In this document: piece after piece, positions 9,158-16,820 of the stretch
Numbering within the stretch: position 1 is the first letter of the stretch
Layout of the letters: the number at the start of each line of letters is the position of its first letter
From: an uncultured Gemmatimonadales bacterium
Lineage (GTDB): Bacteria; Gemmatimonadota; Gemmatimonadetes; Gemmatimonadales; GWC2-71-9
Assembly (NCBI GenBank): GCA_963779755.1
Contig: CAVZZO010000003.1
Span: 992,001 to 1,056,000 of the forward strand
Reading direction: 5' to 3'
DNA length: 64,000 nucleotides
Position numbers and translations under genes: made by a program
Notes under the pieces: model-generated
Database searches by the model: none
The model's input: the letters and a program-made list of their open reading frames with translations, nothing else
What the model was told of the DNA's origin: nothing

Positions 9158-11865
9158 ACCAGACTGAGCGTGCCGAACCGGTCCGGATCCTGGCGGTCGC
9201 CGATCAGGTAGACCCAGCCATTTCCGCCGCTCCAGACCAGCTGTCCCGACCGGCGCACCCGGCCCGGCGTGATAACGTTCACCAGCAGGTCGAATCCGAT
9301 TTCGCCGCCGTGGTGCAGGTCCCAGTCCGGGGGCTCGATCGCCAGGGTGACGCGATAGCCGTCCTCCGTTCGGGACCAGGCGCCCCGCACCGCGGAAGGC
9401 TCGCCGCTGGTGCCGCCGGCACGGTGGACCCGGAGTCTCCCACCCTCTTCCGGTACGATGAGAAAGCCGTCCACCCGTTCGCCCCGTCGCAGGTACACCT
9501 GCAGCCCGTCGCTGTGGATATCGTCGGGGTCGTTGTCGAGCAGCAGGGGCGGCGCCTCGGGCGGCCGGAGCACCACCTCGGGCGTAGTCACGTCCGCCAG
9601 CACATACAGCCCCTGCTCATTCCAGTTCACCGCCGCTTCGGCCCGCAGCAACTCCGGGCCGGGCCAGGGCTCCTCGCTCCGGCGGTACTGGTCTTCCGTG
9701 TCGCACAGCAGCGGCTCGGAACGGTCGAAGCCCGCACCGGTCCCGTCGAGCGCGGGGGCGGCGTCGATCCAGGGCGCGACGGCCTCGACCGGCAGCCGGC
9801 GGACCGCGGTCACCACGGCTTCCACCTCGGGCGGCGGCGGAATGCGGCCGGTCAGGCGTGCCGAGCCGCCGGGGCCGTCAATCTCCCAGGCTTCGAGCAG
9901 CAGGCTGTGCCGGTCGGTGCCGCCGGCATGATCGACCTCGATCTGCTCGCCCATTGAGCGCAGGGCACGGACCTGCGGCTCCGCACCGAACTCCAGCAGC
10001 GCCAGGCAGCGGGCCACGCGGCCCCGGTGCCGGACCAGGTAGAACGTCTGGCGGCCCTCCCCGTTCGGCAGGCCGGGGCCTTGCGCGCGCAGCAGGTCGC
10101 CCTCGAACAACAGGTGAAGGTGGCAGTGGGCCTCTTCGTGTTCCGCGTGCAGCGTCACCGTCCCGGCGTGGTGCCGGAGGCGGGCGACCTCGGAGACGAA
10201 GTCGTTCTCCAGCCGGTCGGGAACCCATTCGCCGCCGCCCTCGAGGGTGACTTGCCCCTGCAGGTGCCAGGGCAGCTCGACCAGTTGCTCGTCCTGGTCG
10301 GCGAACTCGAGCAGGTCGAGAGCATAGTCGGGCCCGTCCACCACCGTGCGGGTGAAACCGGTGAAGGAGCCCCGGATCCACTGCCAGTCGCCGTGGTGAT
10401 CGAACATCTGCGGCCGGGCCCGCTCCAGCGGCTGCGAGTGTCCGCCGGCCCGGGGGGCGTTGTGCGCCAGGGTGGAGCGATACCAGAACAGATCGCGGGA
10501 CACGTAGGACCCGGCGCCGGGATCGGGCAGCCACAGCATGCCGGCGGCCCAGCAGGTCAGGTGCAGCCGGTCGGCGTGGCCGTGGCCACCGCCCACCGTG
10601 CCGCATTCCAGGCTCAGGTAGCGGTCCGGGCGCCGCAGCACGCTCAGCCCATGGGAGGTGAGGATGGAATCCTCCGGAGGCCGTTCTCCCGGCCGCGCAT
10701 CGAGCGCCGGGTCCATCTCCAGCAGCGACCACCAGGAGAGATCCTGCCGTCCCCGGTGCGCAGGCGCCGGCTCGCCGACCTCATGAAGGTAGGAATCGAA
10801 CGGTGGTGCTGCCGGCGCGGGCGCGGCGTAGAGATCGGCCAGCCACTGGCCCAGCGGATCGCCCTCCGCCTGCAGCCAGGCGCGCCCGATCTCCCACTCC
10901 TCCTCGTACATCGGCTGCGCCAGCGACACGCCGAACCGGGCGTCCTTACGGGCGGGAAAGGTGAAATCTGGCAGGGCAGTCCGGATGGGGGCGCGCAGCG
11001 CGGCCAGCAGCATGGCGGCCAGCTCCGGATCTTCCAGCACCTCCGCGCCGACGTATCGCGCCCAGGACAGTCCGGTCAGCATGCCGCGCAGCGCGAAGAG
11101 ATGGTAGTTCTCTCCCTCGTACCACATGCCGTCTTCGCCGTAGCCTTCGGCCAGATGGCCGATCAGGCCGGTGCGCTCCTCGATCGCCGTGCGGGCCAGC
11201 TCCTCATCGCCGAACCAGGCGCCGATGGCGGTGAGCGCCGCGGCGTTCCAGGTCTGCCGGTTGGAATAGCCCTCGTTGAAGTCGCCGATCACGCCGGCCG
11301 CCAGATCGGCGACCGTGTCGACGCGGGCGGCGTCCTCGCTGCTCAGCTGTCCCGCCTCGCGCAGCAGGGTGGCGCCGGCGAGGTAGTTCAGGATCCAGAT
11401 CGATTCCAGGTAAGTGGAGAAAAAAAGCCGGCTGGGCCCCAGCACATTGTCCCGGTTGGGCAGTGAGGGATAGAGATCGGCGTAGGCGCCGAGCAGCGAG
11501 CGGGCCTGTTCCGCGGCAGGCTGGTGGTCGGCCAGAACCGCCACCGTCCCCAGGTGGGCGATGCGTTCCGACAGCCAGAGGTGCTGGAAACGGGCCCACC
11601 AGCGGTCGTGCCGGTCGCCGCGCCAGCCGCGGCCGCAGCGGGGGCAGCGATGCTCCGACGGCTGCCAGGGATCGAACCGCAGGGGGCTGCCGTCCTCGGG
11701 ACAGACACCGCCATCGGTGGAGAGCAGCGCCTTCACGCCGGGCAGCACCGGCCGCTGGCGCAGAACCGGGCCGGCCCGCTCCACCAACCGGGTCTGCAGT
11801 GCCTGCAGATCGGGCGCCGCGGCGATGAGCTCCCGCCGTTCTTCGATATCTCCCGCCGTCAGCAT
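9154..11865 (-). CDS. Heparinase II/III-like (alginate-lyase-like) protein with a C-terminal CBM9/DOMON-like domain
   Basis: SNRQTW, DGMWYEG.NYH, GHGHADRL, WLPDPG and TLAHN motifs. ATG at 11865 overlaps the upstream stop. Confidence 0.75.
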   Translation of the reverse strand: MLTAGDIEERRELIAAAPDLQALQTRLVERAGPVLRQRPVLPGVKALLSTDGGVCPEDGSPLRFDPWQPSEHRCPRCGRGWRGDRHDRWWARFQHLWLSERIAHLGTVAVLADHQPAAEQARSLLGAYADLYPSLPNRDNVLGPSRLFFSTYLESIWILNYLAGATLLREAGQLSSEDAARVDTVADLAAGVIGDFNEGYSNRQTWNAAALTAIGAWFGDEELARTAIEERTGLIGHLAEGYGEDGMWYEGENYHLFALRGMLTGLSWARYVGAEVLEDPELAAMLLAALRAPIRTALPDFTFPARKDARFGVSLAQPMYEEEWEIGRAWLQAEGDPLGQWLADLYAAPAPAAPPFDSYLHEVGEPAPAHRGRQDLSWWSLLEMDPALDARPGERPPEDSILTSHGLSVLRRPDRYLSLECGTVGGGHGHADRLHLTCWAAGMLWLPDPGAGSYVSRDLFWYRSTLAHNAPRAGGHSQPLERARPQMFDHHGDWQWIRGSFTGFTRTVVDGPDYALDLLEFADQDEQLVELPWHLQGQVTLEGGGEWVPDRLENDFVSEVARLRHHAGTVTLHAEHEEAHCHLHLLFEGDLLRAQGPGLPNGEGRQTFYLVRHRGRVARCLALLEFGAEPQVRALRSMGEQIEVDHAGGTDRHSLLLEAWEIDGPGGSARLTGRIPPPPEVEAVVTAVRRLPVEAVAPWIDAAPALDGTGAGFDRSEPLLCDTEDQYRRSEEPWPGPELLRAEAAVNWNEQGLYVLADVTTPEVVLRPPEAPPLLLDNDPDDIHSDGLQVYLRRGERVDGFLIVPEEGGRLRVHRAGGTSGEPSAVRGAWSRTEDGYRVTLAIEPPDWDLHHGGEIGFDLLVNVITPGRVRRSGQLVWSGGNGWVYLIGDRQDPDRFGTLSLV

Positions 11866-12860
11866 AGCCGTACCCCCTCGAAATCCCACGCCACAGGAAG
11901 AATCGTGGCTCCCGCCGCTCGCGCCGCGGTCTCCACCTCGCCCCGGCTCGTCCGCGCCAGGAAGAACATGCAGCCCCCGGCGCCCGCGCCGGCGGCCTTC
12001 CCGCCCAGAATACCGGCACCCGCCACCGCGTGTTCCAGCCGCGCCATCGCCTCGGTGCGCATACCGGAATCGAGGACGCACTGCAGCGACCAGTTCTCCG
12101 CCAGCAGGCGGCCGACCGCTGCAAGATCCGCGGATCGCAGCGCTTCGTCCATGCCGCGGGCGGCATCCAGCATGGCCCGCAACGCGCCGGTCACCCGCGG
12201 CTCGCCCGACTCATAGGCCTGCATCACCCGGGAAATCATGGCACCCGAGAGCCGCGAGGTGCCGGTGTAACAGAGTACCATGCGCTGCGCCAGCTCCTCG
12301 GCAAACGCCGCATTGAGCGCGATCACGGCAGGCCGAACCTCCGCACCCCGGAATTCCAGCCGCTGGACCCCGCCGCAGGCGGCGGCCCACTGGTCCTGCC
12401 GTCCGCCGGGGATCCCCGCTTCTTCGACCTCCAGGCGCCAGGCGAGCCGGGCGATCTCCTCCGGGGCAAGGCGCTCCCGGCGGGCCTCGGCCAGCGCGGC
12501 GACCACCGCCACATCGAGCGCTCCTGAGCTGCCCAGGCCCGACCCCGGCGGCGCCTCCGAGCGGGTGGTTACGGCGGCGGGGCTCACCGGCAGCAGGCGC
12601 AATCCCGCCCGGAGCAACGGCAGCCGCCCTTCACCTGCCAGCCCGTCGGAGCGGTCGATCCGCTCGGCGATCCCCAGATCCTGGGAGACCAGCCGCAACC
12701 CCTCACCACCGGTCTCCACGGTGGCGGACGCGTACAGCGCAATAGCCGCGTTCACCACCACGCCGCCCTCCCGGTCGGAAAAGGGCGGGACGTCGGTCCA
12801 GCCGCCTGCGAAATCAAGGCGCATCGGCGCCCGTGCGCAGGACTCCCGAGACACGCTCAC
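11859..12860 (-). CDS. GHMP-family sugar kinase (HddA / fucokinase-like)
   Basis: APMRLDFAGGWTD, PPGSGLGSSG, GGRQDQ, GKAAGAGAGG. Confidence 0.85.
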   Translation of the reverse strand: MSVSRESCARAPMRLDFAGGWTDVPPFSDREGGVVVNAAIALYASATVETGGEGLRLVSQDLGIAERIDRSDGLAGEGRLPLLRAGLRLLPVSPAAVTTRSEAPPGSGLGSSGALDVAVVAALAEARRERLAPEEIARLAWRLEVEEAGIPGGRQDQWAAACGGVQRLEFRGAEVRPAVIALNAAFAEELAQRMVLCYTGTSRLSGAMISRVMQAYESGEPRVTGALRAMLDAARGMDEALRSADLAAVGRLLAENWSLQCVLDSGMRTEAMARLEHAVAGAGILGGKAAGAGAGGCMFFLARTSRGEVETAARAAGATILPVAWDFEGVRLC

Positions 12861-12880
12861 CCGGTTTCCGCCATCATGTC

Positions 12881-14341
12881 TCAGTTCTCATTCCCCGGCC
12901 CTCCGGCTCCTCCGATCCACCACCTGGCGACTGTGGGCATCTCTCCCCGGAGATCCATCTCGACCCCGTGCACCCGCCGGTTCATCCCCTGCACCCCGCG
13001 GGCATGGTACAGCCACGCCACCGGGTCGAGCTCGGCAAACTGCCGCTGGGCGACGGCCGGAGCGGGGGAGACGGGGATACCAGCCAGGTCGGCGGTGCGC
13101 CGGAGCTCGCCCATGTCCGGGTCGCCGGTAATACCCATGACGGCGGCGGTAAAATCGTGGGTCCGCGGATTGACCCGATCGAGATAGGCGGAGAGCTCGA
13201 GCTGCCGGATGGAGACACGGAACCCGGCGCGGGCCAGCTGGGCCTGAATCATCTGCTCCAGCGCGGCTTCTCCACTCCCAACCGTCAGCAGCTCGAAGGC
13301 GATCTGCCGCCCGCCGAGCAGGATGCGGGCGGAATCGGGCGAAGCAGGCGTAACCGGTGGAGGCAGGTACCCGGGCAGATTCGGCACGACCGGGCCGTAC
13401 GCCGTGGTGCCGAAGCCGTAGAGATAGCCCTGGACGATCTCGCGCCGGTCCAGCGCCAGCGCGATCGCCCGGCGCACGACCGGATCGCTGAAGGGCGGGC
13501 GCCGGGTATTGAAGACCAGCCCGTACGTAAGCAGCAGCGGGTAGGACACCACCTGAAGCCGGGGGTCGCGGCGGACGAAGCTGGCATGAGCGGGGTTGAT
13601 CCCCGCGAAGTCCAGCTCGCCGGCAGTGAGCGCGGCGAGTTTGGTGGTGGGATCGTCCACGATCGCGACCACCAGCCGCTCGAGCCGGGGAGGCCCGCCG
13701 AGTTCCGCCGGGAACTCCGGATTCCGGGCGAACACCCAGCGCCGGTTGGGCTCGTGGGACACGAACCGGAACGGCCCGTTGCCCACCGGGTGCCGGTTCC
13801 AGGCCGCCTCGCGGAGGCGCGCGTGCGGAACGGTATCGAGCAGGTGGGCGGGGAGGATGGCCAGATCGGTCAGCACATCGGGAAAGGTAGACGGCGCGGG
13901 CGCGAACCGGAGGAGGACGGTGGAGTCATCCGGCGCCTCGACCTGCCGCAGCGCGGCCAGATCGCTCAGGCGCGGATACCCGGTGGCCGGATCGCGTGCC
14001 GCCGTGAGGGTCCAGGCCACATCGCGCGCGGTGGTGGGAACGCCATCGCTCCAGCGGGCAGGTGTCGCCAGATGGAGCGTCAGCAGGCGGTGGCCGGAGC
14101 TCCATTCCCAGCGGCGGGCCAGATAGGGACGGGGCGTGAGCGTCGAATCGTAGCGGGCGAGCGTGGTGAACAGCACATAGCGCTGCACCTGCTTCGCCAG
14201 CGGGTGCACGGTCAGGAGGGGATTGATGCTCTGCAGATCGGCGCCGGAAGCGTAGAGCACCGTATCGCCGCGCCGGGCGGACGCGGGCCCGCAGGCAGCG
14301 AGCGCGACCCCCATGATCGTGGCCCAGAGGAAGCTCCGCAC
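12881..14341 (-). CDS. Peptide/oligosaccharide ABC transporter substrate-binding lipoprotein (family 5)
   Basis: Lipobox LAAC; PYLARRWE, WSDGVPTTARDV and PVGNGPF motifs. Start inferred at GTG 14341. Confidence 0.85.
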   Translation of the reverse strand: MRSFLWATIMGVALAACGPASARRGDTVLYASGADLQSINPLLTVHPLAKQVQRYVLFTTLARYDSTLTPRPYLARRWEWSSGHRLLTLHLATPARWSDGVPTTARDVAWTLTAARDPATGYPRLSDLAALRQVEAPDDSTVLLRFAPAPSTFPDVLTDLAILPAHLLDTVPHARLREAAWNRHPVGNGPFRFVSHEPNRRWVFARNPEFPAELGGPPRLERLVVAIVDDPTTKLAALTAGELDFAGINPAHASFVRRDPRLQVVSYPLLLTYGLVFNTRRPPFSDPVVRRAIALALDRREIVQGYLYGFGTTAYGPVVPNLPGYLPPPVTPASPDSARILLGGRQIAFELLTVGSGEAALEQMIQAQLARAGFRVSIRQLELSAYLDRVNPRTHDFTAAVMGITGDPDMGELRRTADLAGIPVSPAPAVAQRQFAELDPVAWLYHARGVQGMNRRVHGVEMDLRGEMPTVARWWIGGAGGPGNEN

Positions 14342-14416
14342 GGCTGGGAAAGGTAATTCCCTCTTCTCCGCTTCCCGGCTCTCTGGCGCCCTGCCCCGTC
14401 CCCGCCATCTTTGGGC

Positions 14417-15388
14417 ATGCTCCGTTCCCTTCTCCGGCGGCTGGCGACCGGCGTCCTGGTGGTGTTGGGCGTCGTCACCCTCACCTTCTTCCTGCTGCGT
14501 CTCGCGCCGGGCGACCCGGTGCGGCGTCTCCTGGGCCCCGCCGCCACCGAAGTCCAGGTCACCCTGGCGCGGCACACCCTGGGGTTCGACCGGCCGCTAC
14601 CGGTGCAGTATCTCACCTGGCTCGCCAACTTCGTGCGGGGAGACTGGGGCCTCAGCATTGCCACGGGCCGGCCGGTCGGCCGGATCCTGAGGGAGGCGTG
14701 GCCCGCCACCGTGGTGCTGGTCGTCTCGTCGCTCATCGTGAGCTACCTGCTCGGCATTGCCGTCGGAGCGGTACAGGCTACCACCCGCAAACGGAGCCTC
14801 GATACCACGCTCTCGGTGGCCACAGTGACCCTCTTCGCCCTGCCGGGGTACTGGCTGGGCCTCATGCTGGTGATGATCTTCACCTACGTGCTGGGCTGGC
14901 TCCCGGCCTTCGGCGCCAGCGGGCTCGATGCCGATTTCCTGCCCTGGAGCGCGCGGGTCGCCGACCGGCTGCGCCATCTGGCTCTGCCCTTCGCGACGCT
15001 CACGCTCATAGGAATCGGCGGGATGGCGCGCTTCGTCCGCGGCGCCATGCTCGACATCCGCTCGGAGCCGCACGTGATGGTGGCGCGGGCCAAGGGTCTT
15101 CCCGCCCGGCAGGTGCAGATCCGCCACATCCTGCGGAACGCACTCATCCCGGTGGTCACGCTGCTGGGGCTTTCCCTGCCGGTGCTCTTCTCCGGCGCCG
15201 TGTTCGTGGAGGCCATCTTCGCCTGGCCCGGCGTCGGCCGGGTGCTGGTGCTCGCGGTCCAAGGACGGGATTATCCCGTGGTCATGGCCGCCACGGCGGT
15301 CAGCGCGATGCTGGTCGTCCTGGGGAACCTGCTGGCCGACCTGCTGGTGGCGTGGGTCGATCCTCGCCTGCGGGAGCAGCATGGCTGA
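14417..15388 (+). CDS. Peptide ABC transporter permease (DppB/OppB-like)
   Basis: LAPGDP, LGFDRPLPVQY, ARAKGL, HILRNALIP, RDYPVV. Confidence 0.9.
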   Translation: MLRSLLRRLATGVLVVLGVVTLTFFLLRLAPGDPVRRLLGPAATEVQVTLARHTLGFDRPLPVQYLTWLANFVRGDWGLSIATGRPVGRILREAWPATVVLVVSSLIVSYLLGIAVGAVQATTRKRSLDTTLSVATVTLFALPGYWLGLMLVMIFTYVLGWLPAFGASGLDADFLPWSARVADRLRHLALPFATLTLIGIGGMARFVRGAMLDIRSEPHVMVARAKGLPARQVQIRHILRNALIPVVTLLGLSLPVLFSGAVFVEAIFAWPGVGRVLVLAVQGRDYPVVMAATAVSAMLVVLGNLLADLLVAWVDPRLREQHG

Positions 15389-16250
15389 GCGGGGCGGGCT
15401 GCTGCGTGGCCTGGTCCGTGACGGGCGCGCGCGTTTCGCGCTCGCCGTCCTGAGCGCCGCCATCCTGACTGCCGCCCTGGCTCCACTGCTGACCACCGGC
15501 GCGCCCGACCTGCAGCGGGACGTTGTCGCCACCCGCTTCCTCCCACCCTTCGCGACCGATCCCTTTGGTGTCTTCCATCTGCTCGGCACCGACCGATTCG
15601 GTCGCGATCTGTGGACCCGGCTGGTCTACGGCGCGCGCATCTCCCTCGGCGTCGGCCTGCTGGCCATGGTGATCTCCGCGGCGATCGGGGTGAGCATCGG
15701 CGCGGTCGCGGGGCTGTGGCAACGCGCCACCGGCCGGCTGCTCATGGGGCTTACCGACTTCGCGCTGGCGCTGCCCCGCGTCGTCCTTCTGCTGCTGCTG
15801 GCCTCCCTGTGGCGGCCCAGTACTGCGCTGGTCGTCATCGTGCTCGGCGTCACCGGCTGGATGAGCATCGCGCGGCTGGCTTATGGCGAGGCACGCGCGG
15901 TGACCGGCCGGCCTTTCGTAGAGAGCGCCCGCGCGCTCGGCGCCCGGCGCAGCCGGGTGCTGCGACGGCATGTGCTTCCCAACATCCTGACGCCGGTCAT
16001 CGCCGCGTCCGCGCTGGGGGTGGGAAACGCCATCATGCTGGAAGCCGGCCTGTCGTTTCTCGGCCTCGGGGTACAACCGCCCGCGCCCTCCTGGGGCAAC
16101 ATGATCGCCTCTGGGCGGGATACGCTGGTCAACGCGCCCTGGGTCGCGGCCGCGCCGGGGGTCGCGCTGGCGCTGATCGTGGTCGCGTGCACCCTTCTGG
16201 GCGACGCGGTACGCGATGCGATGGACCCGGGGGAGAGGCTGGCGGAGTGA
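15381..16250 (+). CDS. Peptide ABC transporter permease (DppC/OppC-like)
   Basis: HLLGTDRFGRD, GARISL, FVESARALGA, HVLPN, LSFLGLG, PSWG. Confidence 0.9.
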   Translation: MAERGGLLRGLVRDGRARFALAVLSAAILTAALAPLLTTGAPDLQRDVVATRFLPPFATDPFGVFHLLGTDRFGRDLWTRLVYGARISLGVGLLAMVISAAIGVSIGAVAGLWQRATGRLLMGLTDFALALPRVVLLLLLASLWRPSTALVVIVLGVTGWMSIARLAYGEARAVTGRPFVESARALGARRSRVLRRHVLPNILTPVIAASALGVGNAIMLEAGLSFLGLGVQPPAPSWGNMIASGRDTLVNAPWVAAAPGVALALIVVACTLLGDAVRDAMDPGERLAE

Positions 16251-16502
16251 GACATCCGCCGACTGGGAGCCGGCTGGGGTATGGTGGAGCCATCTATTCA
16301 TATCCTCGAACAGCAACGGCGCGCTCACGGTCGCGAGCGACCGTTTCGCGGATCTTCTCTTCGCCTGAAGGCGAGGGATACTGGCCACACCCGGGATGGA
16401 GACTGAGGACCAGGGGTTGAAAGAACCGGGTGGGTTGCGCCTCTCGGGCACACGGAGATGACGGCCGCAGTCTCGGGATGGGTGACTGGCTGAGGGTGCG
16501 AA

Positions 16503-16749
16503 AAAACGCGGAGAGAGGGTGGCGCCCCCCGCTCATGGGATAGTGCAGCCAAGGGAACAGGACAGCATCGCTTTTACGCCTTGCTGGCCGGAAAAACTCG
16601 ATCGGCTGCGATTTCGCTGGCAGGCGGCCCTCAGCCCTGGAGTACCGAACACCCGATCCCATCTCGCATCAGCGGCGCACGAAAACGCGGATCGGCAGGC
16701 GGCACCCCCCGTTCAAGGGATAGTACAGCACGGCCGAGAGAACACCATC
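16503..16749. repeat. Degenerate intergenic direct repeat, two copies of about 65 bp, about 180 bp apart
   Basis: aaaacgcgga..ggcgccccccgctcatgggatagtgcagc..acagcatc versus aaaacgcgga..ggcaccccccgttcaagggatagtacagc..acaccatc. Confidence 0.6.
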
Positions 16750-16820
16750 ACGCCCGCGCGTCACTGACCGGATAAGCCCGCGGGTCCCCCCACCCCCGCC
16801 CTCTACACTTGGCGGGGTCT

